The notes below the pieces were generated by a model. The model saw only the letters and a list, made by a program, of their open reading frames with translations, was not told where the DNA came from and made no database searches. A stretch of 59,535 bases of DNA, counting the filler. It is 6 parts of 6 records of this genome, joined end to end, with 100 filler letters (N's around TTAATTAATTAA, not from the genome) between each part and the next. Parts side by side here need not be neighbours in the genome. Positions count along the whole stretch, not along the records: positions 6,464 to 21,383 come from SRR2962707_4535; 5 more parts are not named here. One strand, given 5' to 3'. The stretch's first letter is position 1. Every line of letters begins with the position of its first letter. The translations under genes and the position numbers were made by a program. Shown here piece after piece: positions 7,905 through 16,542 of the stretch.

Positions 7905-9203
7905 ATGTTCGGGCATCTGCGGTTCAGGGTTTTCCGAGTGTTTGCAGTGCTTGCCCTTGCGCTGGTGGGCGGATTGCAGGCGGCTCTGTGGATCGGCAAC
8001 CGGCGGGCACTCAACATCGACTCTGAAGCCGGTTTTGCCCTGACCGGTGTTGCCGGAACCGGTTTGGTGCTTTTGTTGTGCGTTGCGGCCTGGCTGTTCT
8101 TTGATGAACGCATTGCAAAGCCGCTGGAACGGCAGACCCATGCGCAGGGGGGGCATGACAACAGGCCGGTCCAGAGCCTAGAGGACTTTGCCCTTCAGGA
8201 CGCGCGACGGATGGCCCGGGCTATGGCCTTGCTTGAGGCCGACAAGGCCCAGTTGACCAAGCTGATCAGCGAAATTCCCGGCGCAACAATCGTGATAAAC
8301 ACCGCAGACCAGATCGTTTTGTACGACGGTCAAGCGGCGGATCTGCTGTCCCGGCTTGGCGTGCCGCGTCTGAACGCCTCATTAAGCGAATATTTTGATG
8401 CCAAGAGCCTATCAGGCGCGCGTTTCAGAATGGAACGCAGTGGGTTAGAGGTGCGATTCACGGCGATTGCCAGCCGGACTGGCGTTCGCCTAGAGGGTCG
8501 AATGCGCCCCTTGGACAACGGCAATGCGCTGATCCTATTTGACGACACCGAAATGTCCCGGGACACCCCGTCGTCCAGCCCACTGGTTTATAATTTTGCA
8601 TTTATGGCCCCGAACAGCGGTCAGCAGATCGAAGACACAGCACTGAACACGCTGACATATATGGTTCTGTCGACCGAAACCACCGGCCTGCTGCCACACC
8701 GCGACAATATCGTCACCATCGGTGCTGTGCGCATGGTCGGCCCGCGCATTCTGCGACGGGAAACACTGGAACTGCGAATCGCCCCGGCGCAGCAGCAGGC
8801 CCAACAGATGGCAGACGACGGGCGGATGAACGTTTGGGATGCAAGCGCGGAGTTGCACAAATTCGCCCGGGGCACGGTGATCGTGGCCCACAACGCCCCG
8901 TTGCGTATGGCCTTTCTGCGCCACCATGCGGGTGCAATCTGGGACCACCCCCAGATTGACCTCGTGCTGCTTTCGGCCCTGTTGTTCGGGGATAGGGCCG
9001 ATCACAGTTTACGTTCACTAGCCAACCGAACCGGAATTGAATCGTCCCTTGCCCTGTCACGTGGCGGATTGGCACAGGCCGTGCTGGCCGCAGAGGTGAT
9101 GCAACGCCTTCTGCCGATGCTTGCAGCCCGGGAATTGGACAGTCTTAGCAACCTACTGCACGCACTGGACCGGCATGCAGAAAGTCTGGAAAAACTGCAC
9201 TGA
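7905..9203 (+). CDS. Membrane-anchored PAS-like/DEDDh (DnaQ-like) exonuclease homologue, apparently catalytically degenerate
   Basis: Two N-terminal hydrophobic helices and a PAS-like middle region. The C-terminal motifs VLSTETTG and VAHNAPLRMAFL align to the ExoI/ExoII motifs but lack the Asp residues. Confidence 0.8.
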   Translation: MFGHLRFRVFRVFAVLALALVGGLQAALWIGNRRALNIDSEAGFALTGVAGTGLVLLLCVAAWLFFDERIAKPLERQTHAQGGHDNRPVQSLEDFALQDARRMARAMALLEADKAQLTKLISEIPGATIVINTADQIVLYDGQAADLLSRLGVPRLNASLSEYFDAKSLSGARFRMERSGLEVRFTAIASRTGVRLEGRMRPLDNGNALILFDDTEMSRDTPSSSPLVYNFAFMAPNSGQQIEDTALNTLTYMVLSTETTGLLPHRDNIVTIGAVRMVGPRILRRETLELRIAPAQQQAQQMADDGRMNVWDASAELHKFARGTVIVAHNAPLRMAFLRHHAGAIWDHPQIDLVLLSALLFGDRADHSLRSLANRTGIESSLALSRGGLAQAVLAAEVMQRLLPMLAARELDSLSNLLHALDRHAESLEKLH

Positions 9204-9267
9204 CCCATATCGACGGACGCATCAGTGCAGGTTGGTTCGAACAGCCTGCCGGGTTGCTGATCAACCG

Positions 9268-9585
9268 CTAGGCGTCTTTGATCACCAGATCCGCGACCAA
9301 GATCCCACTGTATCCCCCCGCACAGATCGACACCAGCAGGCCACCGGCGCGTTGATGATCAGGATGCACATCATAGGCCAAATGCGCCGCGCGGTTGCTG
9401 AAACTAACCACAAATCCGTAGGGGTAATCGGGTGTTTTGCCCTCAAAATCCGCGTTCGGGCCGTGGTCAAAGGCCAGAAGCCCCGGCACCCTGCCGTGCA
9501 AGCCATCGAGAAGGTCAAGCGCCTCTTGCAAAACGGCTTTGTCGTGATCGGCGGGTAAATTCAGCAGGACGACGTGGCGGATCAT
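9268..9585 (-). CDS. Dabb (stress-responsive A/B barrel) protein
   Basis: MIRHVVLL...GPN...YPYGFVVSF...YDVHPDH; ATGA overlap with the LacI gene. Confidence 0.88.
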   Translation of the reverse strand: MIRHVVLLNLPADHDKAVLQEALDLLDGLHGRVPGLLAFDHGPNADFEGKTPDYPYGFVVSFSNRAAHLAYDVHPDHQRAGGLLVSICAGGYSGILVADLVIKDA

Positions 9586-10613
9586 TCGGCATCCCCTTCA
9601 ACGTCGAGCCCAAGGCTCGATTCCCGTTCCACCAGCAAGACAGAAGCACGGCGCAGCGCAGGTGGACGCTGTCCGGTTTCGACCCAGTCCAGCAGCGCTG
9701 CAGCGGAATCGCGGCCAAATTGCGCGATGTCGCAGGCAACCGAACTCAGACGCGGCCAAACTTGATCGCATTCTTCGATATCATCGAAACCGATGACGCG
9801 GAAGTCCTGGCCAACTTGGCGGCCCAGTCGGGCGAATCCCGACGTCAGCCCCAGTGCGACCTGATCGTTGAAACACACGACGGCGTCGATTTCGGGGTGA
9901 TCCTGGTTGATCGTCCTTGCCATCTCGGCGCCAAAGGCCCGGGTGGTCAGACCTTGGAACGTTACAGGTTCCATCCCCGCAATGGTCAGCGCCTCTAGGT
10001 ATCCCGCCATCCGTTCGGTCGTCACGGCCCGGTCGGGCAACCCGCCGACAAAGGCGATGTTGCGGGCACCCTGCGCGATCAGGCGCTGCGTGGCAAGCAG
10101 ACCGCCGCGCGCAAAATCGAAAGTCGCAAAGGGAAACACATCGCCGCGTGGATCGACCTGTCGCAACACCTGCAGGCAGGGAATGCCGGCCCTTGCGATC
10201 TGGTCGAAGGTATCGGATTCCTGCCCATAGGCGGGCGAGATGATAAAAGCGGACACGCCGTGTTCGATCATTGAGCTGACCATCTGCGCCTGGAGAGCGC
10301 CATCTTCGTCCGAGTTAGAGATGACCGTGGCGTAGCCCTGCGCCGAAAGGGCCATCTGCACGGACGTCGCGAATTCGGTAAAGAATGGATTGCGCAGGTC
10401 GTTAATCACGAGGCCAATCAACCCGACGGACGATTTGCGCAGGTTGGCGGCGGCGCGATTGTAGACGTAGCCGGTTTGTACCATCGCCTCTCGGACCACT
10501 TTGGCCGTGTCTTCCTTAACCGTGGGGCTGCCGCGCACGACAAGCGAAACGGTGGATTTCGACACCCCGGCCGCGCGGGCCACGTCAAGGATAGTGGGTC
10601 GGCGTGTGTTCAT
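9582..10613 (-). CDS. LacI-family transcriptional regulator
   Basis: HTH TILDVARAAGVSKSTVS, YVYNRAAANL, and IGFDD. Confidence 0.95.
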   Translation of the reverse strand: MNTRRPTILDVARAAGVSKSTVSLVVRGSPTVKEDTAKVVREAMVQTGYVYNRAAANLRKSSVGLIGLVINDLRNPFFTEFATSVQMALSAQGYATVISNSDEDGALQAQMVSSMIEHGVSAFIISPAYGQESDTFDQIARAGIPCLQVLRQVDPRGDVFPFATFDFARGGLLATQRLIAQGARNIAFVGGLPDRAVTTERMAGYLEALTIAGMEPVTFQGLTTRAFGAEMARTINQDHPEIDAVVCFNDQVALGLTSGFARLGRQVGQDFRVIGFDDIEECDQVWPRLSSVACDIAQFGRDSAAALLDWVETGQRPPALRRASVLLVERESSLGLDVEGDAE

Positions 10614-10614
10614 C

Positions 10615-11775
10615 TCAGTCAATCCCATGCAGGGCCATAAGGGTCGTCATTCTATTTTGCGCAAGACCCGGGCAGGCAAGCAAGCCTGCACAGTCCGCAA
10701 GGCGGAAGATTTCGGCGTAATGTGTGATCGAACGGCTGGATTGGAAACCAGCGGGCATGATGAAATGGGCCTGCGTACCGTTGAGCCACGACAGAAAGGC
10801 AATCCCGGCCTTGTAGAACTGCGTCGGCGCGCGAAAGATTTCTCGGCTGAGCGGCACAGTCGGGGCCAGCAGTGCATTGTAACGTTCCAGATCGTTCATT
10901 GCCAATGCTTCAAGCGCGCGGGATGCCGCCGGCGCAATGGCGGCAAAGATACCAAGAAGTGCGTGGGAATGATGCGTGCCGTCCCCTGCGATCAGGGCGG
11001 CGTAGTTAAAATCATCCCCGGTATAGAGGCGGACGCCATCGGGCAGCCGCTTGCGAAAGGATTCTTCGTGGGCCTGATCCAGCAGAGAAATCTTGATGCC
11101 GTCAATCTTGTCGGCATGGGCGTTGATCAGAGGCAAAACGGTTTCTGTTGCAGTGGCCACGTCGGTACTACCCCAGTAACCGGTAAGTGCTGCATCGAAC
11201 ATATCGCCCAGCCAGTGCAGCACCACAGGTTCGCGCGCCTGTTCCAGAAGATGGCCATAAAGGGAGATGTAGTCGTCCGCATCCGCGTTGATCGCGGGCA
11301 AGGCGCGGGTGGCCATCAGGATCAGCTGGCCCCCTGCCGCCTCGATCGCGGCCATCTGCGTTTCATAGGCGGCGCGGATCGCGTCCAGACTGGACAGGTC
11401 CGCCAACGCCACATGGTCGGTTCCCGCCCCACAGGCGACGCGGGGTTTCAGGGGATGGGCCTGCGCCTCTTTCATGGTGCGTTCTATCAACTCTTTCGCA
11501 GTCAGCCAGTCCACACCCATGCCGCGCTGCGCGGTATCCATCGCCTCGGCCAGTCCCAATCCCTGATCCCAGAGCGTGCGGCGGAATGCCAACGTCGCGT
11601 CCCAATCCACGGCCGGGCGACCGCCCCAGGGATCGCATTCGCGCAGCGGGTCCGATATCACATGTGCGGCGGCAAAGGCCGTCCGGGTCAGCGGCACACG
11701 CGGCGCGCGCGGGGACAACGGCGTGCCTGTAAGGGCATAATTGGACAGGGTTCCGTCAAGGTTCGGCAGGCGCAT
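10615..11775 (-). CDS. DUF993 / dihydrodipicolinate synthase-like TIM-barrel protein
   Basis: Motifs AAAHV, AEAMDTAQRGMG, LHWLG, GIKISLLD and YTGDDFNY. Confidence 0.85.
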   Translation of the reverse strand: MRLPNLDGTLSNYALTGTPLSPRAPRVPLTRTAFAAAHVISDPLRECDPWGGRPAVDWDATLAFRRTLWDQGLGLAEAMDTAQRGMGVDWLTAKELIERTMKEAQAHPLKPRVACGAGTDHVALADLSSLDAIRAAYETQMAAIEAAGGQLILMATRALPAINADADDYISLYGHLLEQAREPVVLHWLGDMFDAALTGYWGSTDVATATETVLPLINAHADKIDGIKISLLDQAHEESFRKRLPDGVRLYTGDDFNYAALIAGDGTHHSHALLGIFAAIAPAASRALEALAMNDLERYNALLAPTVPLSREIFRAPTQFYKAGIAFLSWLNGTQAHFIMPAGFQSSRSITHYAEIFRLADCAGLLACPGLAQNRMTTLMALHGID

Positions 11776-11778
11776 CAG

Positions 11779-13362
11779 TCAGAGTCCCGTATCTTCGCGG
11801 ATCATGTCGGCGGCTTTCTCCGCAATCATGATGGCGGTTGCATTGGTGTTGGCTGAAACGAGACGGGGCATGATGCTCGCGTCTACCACTCTGAGACCTG
11901 CAATACCGTTAAAGCGCAACCTTGGGTCGACCACCGCGCCCGAGTCAGCACCCATGCGGCAGGTGCCCGCCGGGTGGTGATCGGTCTTGGCATGGGCAGC
12001 GGCGTAGGCCGCAAGATCATCGTCGGTGGCAAGATCTGGCCCCGGCAGACGTTCGGCCAGCACATAGGGTTTCAGCGCGTCCTGCGCCATAATCTCGCGG
12101 ACCATGCGTAGACCCCTGATCGACATTTCCCTGTCATAGGGATCAGCCCAGTAATTCGGGTCGATCAGCGGCACGTCGGCGGGATTGTCCGAGGCAAGGC
12201 GCACCGTCCCCCGTGACCGGGGCCGCAAATAGGCCGAATTCAGCGTGACCCCGCCATGGGGCATGTGATCAACCCCTGCCTCGATCCCCGATCCGAGGCC
12301 AAGATGAAACTGGATATCGGGTGAGCGTGCATCCTTGTCCGCGTACCAGAAGCCCCCCGTTTCAAACAGAGACGAGGCGACGGGGCCGGAGCGGTTGATC
12401 AGATATCGAAGCCCGGCAACGACGGACCAGAGCGGTTTGGCATATCTGTCATAGGTGAAATCGCCGCGACATTCGCAGATCGTGAACAGATCAAGGTGGT
12501 CCTGCAGATTAGATCCCACTTCGGGTTGATCCAACACCACCGGCACGCCGACCGCCGTCAGATGATCCGCCGGCCCGATACCGGAAAGTTGCAGAATGCG
12601 GGGGGACCCTATCGCGCCCGAGGCAAGCAGCACCTCGGTTTCTGTGTGGATCATTTGCCCGTCGGCCAGTTCGACACCGGTGGCACGGCCCTGTTCCACC
12701 ATGATCCGGCGCACCTGCTCGCCGGTACGCACGGTCAGGTTCTGGCGGTGGCGCACCGGGTCCAGATAGGCGACCGAGGTTGAGGAACGCCGCACATGGC
12801 GCTGGGTCAACTGGTAATAGCCCACCCCGTCCTGACGTTCCCCGGCCATATCCATGTTGCGAAGAATTCCCATCTGTGCGGCGGCATCAAAATACGCCTC
12901 ACAAATCGGGAGCGGGGCCGAGGGTTGCGACACGCCCAGCGGGCCGCCCCTGCCGTGATAGCGGTCGTTATAGGTGTCGTTGTCTTCGGCCTTGCGGAAA
13001 TAGGGCAGCACATCTTCGTAGGACCAGCCGATGCAGCCCAGTTGGCGCCATTCGTCATAGTCCTGTGCCGCGCCGCGCGTATAGATCTGCGCGTTGACGG
13101 ACGATCCACCGCCGATCACCTTGGCCTGAGTATAGCGTAACCTACGACCGCCCAGATTGTCCTGTGGCGTCGTGTACCAGCCCCAGCTGCCGATGCCCTT
13201 GGTCATCTTGGCGAAACCGGCGGGCATTTTGTAAAACGGGTGCCAGTCGCGTCCGCCTGCCTCGATCAGCAGAACGCTGGCCTTGGTTTCGGACAGCCGT
13301 GCAGCCAGAACACAGCCCGCCGACCCGCCGCCGATGATGATGAAATCGTAGGACTGTGCCAT
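11779..13362 (-). CDS. GMC-family FAD oxidoreductase (L-sorbose dehydrogenase-like)
   Basis: Start MAQSYDFIIIGGGSAG. Motifs GGGSSVN, NLQDH, HHPAGTCRMG and NTNATAIMIAEK. Confidence 0.92.
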   Translation of the reverse strand: MAQSYDFIIIGGGSAGCVLAARLSETKASVLLIEAGGRDWHPFYKMPAGFAKMTKGIGSWGWYTTPQDNLGGRRLRYTQAKVIGGGSSVNAQIYTRGAAQDYDEWRQLGCIGWSYEDVLPYFRKAEDNDTYNDRYHGRGGPLGVSQPSAPLPICEAYFDAAAQMGILRNMDMAGERQDGVGYYQLTQRHVRRSSTSVAYLDPVRHRQNLTVRTGEQVRRIMVEQGRATGVELADGQMIHTETEVLLASGAIGSPRILQLSGIGPADHLTAVGVPVVLDQPEVGSNLQDHLDLFTICECRGDFTYDRYAKPLWSVVAGLRYLINRSGPVASSLFETGGFWYADKDARSPDIQFHLGLGSGIEAGVDHMPHGGVTLNSAYLRPRSRGTVRLASDNPADVPLIDPNYWADPYDREMSIRGLRMVREIMAQDALKPYVLAERLPGPDLATDDDLAAYAAAHAKTDHHPAGTCRMGADSGAVVDPRLRFNGIAGLRVVDASIMPRLVSANTNATAIMIAEKAADMIREDTGL

Positions 13363-13367
13363 GTGCT

Positions 13368-14114
13368 TCAAAGCCTTGGAATAGAAAGACCACCGTCCAG
13401 CGGAATGACCGCCCCGGTGGAGAATTGCATGTCGCCGCGGGTCAACGGCAGAACGGCACGACCGATGTCGTCGGGCGTGCCCCAACGGCGGGCGGGGACA
13501 AGGCCAGCCTCGATCCGGGGGGTGTAGCTGTCGTGCAGCGCGTCGGTCATGGGCGACGCGATGATGCCGGGGCGCAATTCAAAGACACCGATGCCCGCCT
13601 GCGCCAGCCGCACGGCGAAAAGTTTGGCCATCATCGCCGCGCCCGCCTTTGACATACAGTATTCCGCCCGCTCGACCGAAACCATCTCGGCGCTGGCCGA
13701 AGTTACAAAAAGCATTGACCGATAGGGGTCTGCATCCTGTGCTAGCAAATTTTTCGCCACCGCCTGAGCGAGGAAAAAGGCACCGCGCAGGTTGATGTCC
13801 ATGGTGAAATCATAATTCTCGGGCAGGATGTCGAGCATGTCGCCACGCACCCGGGCCGGCACACCGGCGTTAGACACATAGGTGGTCAACGGCCCGATCT
13901 GATCCAGAAGCGGATCAATTCCGTTCAGATCGGCCAAATCGTGACGGAAATAGCGGGCGCTGGACCCAAGTTGTGCCAAAGCATCGACAACACAATCCGA
14001 CTCTCGTGCCGCCTCGGCGGCCAACGTCACCCGCCACCCAGCACCCGATAGGGCAAAGGCGATGCCAAGGCCGATGCCCTGTTGCCCGCCAGTGATCAGC
14101 GCATGCGGCGTCAT
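13368..14114 (-). CDS. Short-chain dehydrogenase/reductase
   Basis: TGGQQGIG, NAG and YCMSK. Confidence 0.93.
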   Translation of the reverse strand: MTPHALITGGQQGIGLGIAFALSGAGWRVTLAAEAARESDCVVDALAQLGSSARYFRHDLADLNGIDPLLDQIGPLTTYVSNAGVPARVRGDMLDILPENYDFTMDINLRGAFFLAQAVAKNLLAQDADPYRSMLFVTSASAEMVSVERAEYCMSKAGAAMMAKLFAVRLAQAGIGVFELRPGIIASPMTDALHDSYTPRIEAGLVPARRWGTPDDIGRAVLPLTRGDMQFSTGAVIPLDGGLSIPRL

Positions 14115-14251
14115 ATCCGCGCCCCGGGGGTGTCGCGCAGATGTTCGCCGCGCTCTGGTATCAGGATCTGTCGCCCCATCGGCGCAAGGGCGGCGGCGAC
14201 CATCGCCCCACCCATGCCCGATCCGATTACGTTGTTGTCCGGTTGCGGCAT
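14111..14251 (-). pseudogene. 46-aa N-terminal remnant of a second FAD-dependent (GMC-like) oxidoreductase
   Basis: MPQPDNNVIGSGMGGAMVAAALAPMGRQILIPERGEHLRDTPGARI* contains only a GxGxxG..ERG Rossmann start. Its stop overlaps the SDR ATG. Confidence 0.75.
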
Positions 14252-14256
14252 CGCTG

Positions 14257-15774
14257 TCAGGCCCTGACCCATGGGTCGCGGCCCGGTGTGACCTTCATCG
14301 TCAGGGTCTTGAGCTCGGTAAATTCCTCAAGCCCGTAGCGGCCCAATTCGCGTCCCTGCCCGCTTTGCTTGACGCCGCCAAATGGCATTTCGGGAAAACC
14401 GTCCATCCAGGTGTTGGTCCAGACCGTTCCCGCCTTTACGCGGCGCGCGAATTGTAGGCAGACGTGCATGTCTCTGCTCCAGACCCCGGCGGACAGGCCA
14501 TAGGTCGCGGTGTTGGCTAGGCTCAGCGCCTCTTCAAAGGTGCGAAAGGTCAGCACCGCCAGCACCGGGCCGAATACTTCGTCCTGCGCGATGGACATAT
14601 CCGGCGTCACGCCGGTAACAACGGTTGGCCCGTAGAACTGCCCCGGCAACCCGTCGGGGGACAGCGCCCGCCCCCCCAAAGCGATCTGTGCACCAGCGGT
14701 CTGGGCATCGCGCACATATCCGTCGATTTTTGCCTGATGTTCCGGCGATATGATGGCACCAACCTGCGTGTCGGGGTGCAACGGGTCGCCAAACGGGACC
14801 TTTCGCGACAATGCAATGATCCGGTCGGTCAGTGCAGTGGCGACACTGTGGTGCACAATGACCCGGCTGCCGGAATTACAGCATTCGCCCGCATTGAAAT
14901 AGATCCCGAAGGCAATCGCATCCGCCGCCGCATCCAGATCTGCATCGGCAAAAACCACCTGAGGGTTCTTGCCGCCCAGTTCGAACGACAGCTTCTTGAG
15001 CGTTCCAGAGGCCGCAGCAGCAATCCGTTTTCCCACTGCGGTCGAGCCGGTAAAGGACACCATGTCCACATCCGGGTGGGTGGACATAAGCGAGCCCACC
15101 GGATCACCATACCCCAGCACGATGTTCACGACGCCAGCGGGCAAGCCCGCCTCTGTCAGGATTTCGCCCAGCATGACGGTCGTCGATGGGGTCATTTCCG
15201 ACGGTTTGATCACCGCAGTGCAGCCAGCCGCCAGCGCAAAGGGCAGTTTCTGGTTGACGATCAGGAACGGAAAATTCCACGGTGTGATGATCGACACCAC
15301 ACCAATGGGATCACGCAGAATTACGCCGAGCATATCTGGCCCCAGCGTGTTGTGGCTATCGCCATGCACCGTACGCGCCAGTGAGGCGGCGTAGCGCCAC
15401 AGGTCTGCTGCGCCTTCGATTTCTGCCCGTGCCTGACTGATCGGTTTGCCGCTTTCAAGCACCTCCATTACGGCGATTTCTTCGCGCCGTGCATCGATCA
15501 GATCGGCCACCTTTAACAGCAGGGTGGCGCGGTGGCGGCCCGAAGTTTCGGCCCAGCCCGAGGCGTCAAAGGCGCGGCGCGCGGCGGTGATTGCGGCCTC
15601 TGTTTCGGTTGTGCCGCCCCTGGCAGAGGTGCTGACAAGGGTGCCGTGCGCGGGCGAATGGCGGGTGAACGTATCGGCGGACTCTGTCCAGATGCCGTCG
15701 ATCAGGTGGCGGCCGACAAACGGGGCTGGCATGGCGACAGAGGCCGATTTGATCGCGGTTGGGTTATTCATCAT
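14257..15774 (-). CDS. NAD(P)-dependent aldehyde dehydrogenase (L-sorbosone dehydrogenase-like)
   Basis: ITPWNFP, KPSE, FTGST, ELGGKNP, NAGECC and EVFGPV. Confidence 0.93.
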   Translation of the reverse strand: MMNNPTAIKSASVAMPAPFVGRHLIDGIWTESADTFTRHSPAHGTLVSTSARGGTTETEAAITAARRAFDASGWAETSGRHRATLLLKVADLIDARREEIAVMEVLESGKPISQARAEIEGAADLWRYAASLARTVHGDSHNTLGPDMLGVILRDPIGVVSIITPWNFPFLIVNQKLPFALAAGCTAVIKPSEMTPSTTVMLGEILTEAGLPAGVVNIVLGYGDPVGSLMSTHPDVDMVSFTGSTAVGKRIAAAASGTLKKLSFELGGKNPQVVFADADLDAAADAIAFGIYFNAGECCNSGSRVIVHHSVATALTDRIIALSRKVPFGDPLHPDTQVGAIISPEHQAKIDGYVRDAQTAGAQIALGGRALSPDGLPGQFYGPTVVTGVTPDMSIAQDEVFGPVLAVLTFRTFEEALSLANTATYGLSAGVWSRDMHVCLQFARRVKAGTVWTNTWMDGFPEMPFGGVKQSGQGRELGRYGLEEFTELKTLTMKVTPGRDPWVRA

Positions 15775-16542
15775 TCAGCGTCCCGGAAAAATAGGAGTAC
15801 GTTTATGTGCAAAGGCATCGACGCCTTCGGCCTTGTCAGCGCTGGCACCGATCATAGCGCCGCCCAAGGCTTCGATCATCGCGCTGCGGTCTTCGCCGAC
15901 GGCGGCGTGGATCTGGTATTTGGCAACTTCCGTGGCCATCGGGCTGGTTTTCGTCAGCTTATCCGCGATATCGCGAGCTGCGGTTTCAGGGTCGTCGCTG
16001 ATTTCCGCTATGAACCCCAAGACGTGGGCACGGTCGGCGGTCAGGCGGCGGTTGAAAATCGCCATTTCCTTGACCACCGGTTCGGGCAGCAGTCGCGTCA
16101 GACGCTGCGTACCAGACCAGCCCGGAACGATCCCGACCTGCGTTTCCGGCAGCGCCAGCGTCGCCCTAGGGGCCATGATGCGGATGTCGCAGGCCGTGGC
16201 AATTTCCAACCCACCGCCAAAGGCATGGGCCCCAATGGCGGCGATTGTCGGGTGCGACAGCCGCGCCAGTCGGTCAAATATCCTGTGTCCGTCGCGGACC
16301 CAGTGGCGGGCAAAATCGAACGGGTCGAGCGCGCCCCAAGCCAGGATATCCGCCCCCGCGCAGAATGCGCGTGCCGGGCTGGCGGTCAGGATCACACAGC
16401 GAATGGAACGTTCCAACTCCAAAGCAGCACAATGGCCGTCCAATTCCCGCAGCATATGGGGCGTAAAAGCGTTCAACTTATCCGGGTTGTCCAGCCGTAA
16501 CGTCGCGATCGGCCCGGCGATGGTCAAGGTTACGCGGTTCAT
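15775..16542 (-). CDS. Enoyl-CoA hydratase/isomerase
   Basis: AFCAGAD, GGGLE and LPE; both catalytic Glu positions are present. Confidence 0.92.
   Translation of the reverse strand: MNRVTLTIAGPIATLRLDNPDKLNAFTPHMLRELDGHCAALELERSIRCVILTASPARAFCAGADILAWGALDPFDFARHWVRDGHRIFDRLARLSHPTIAAIGAHAFGGGLEIATACDIRIMAPRATLALPETQVGIVPGWSGTQRLTRLLPEPVVKEMAIFNRRLTADRAHVLGFIAEISDDPETAARDIADKLTKTSPMATEVAKYQIHAAVGEDRSAMIEALGGAMIGASADKAEGVDAFAHKRTPIFPGR

Noticed and set aside
10501-11856. Long antisense ORFs (also 2888-3967, 15446-16591, 34845-35726, 45530-46486)
   Set aside because: Shadow frames opposite well-supported high-GC genes, with no protein motifs.
13363-13485. N-terminal extensions given by the ORF track (GMC, otsA 2402, sdhC 44437, sdhD 44643, GT2 36854, SMR 50854, GntR 51309)
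   Set aside because: They overlap neighbouring genes or promoters; downstream starts fit the family N-termini, and several have a clear RBS.
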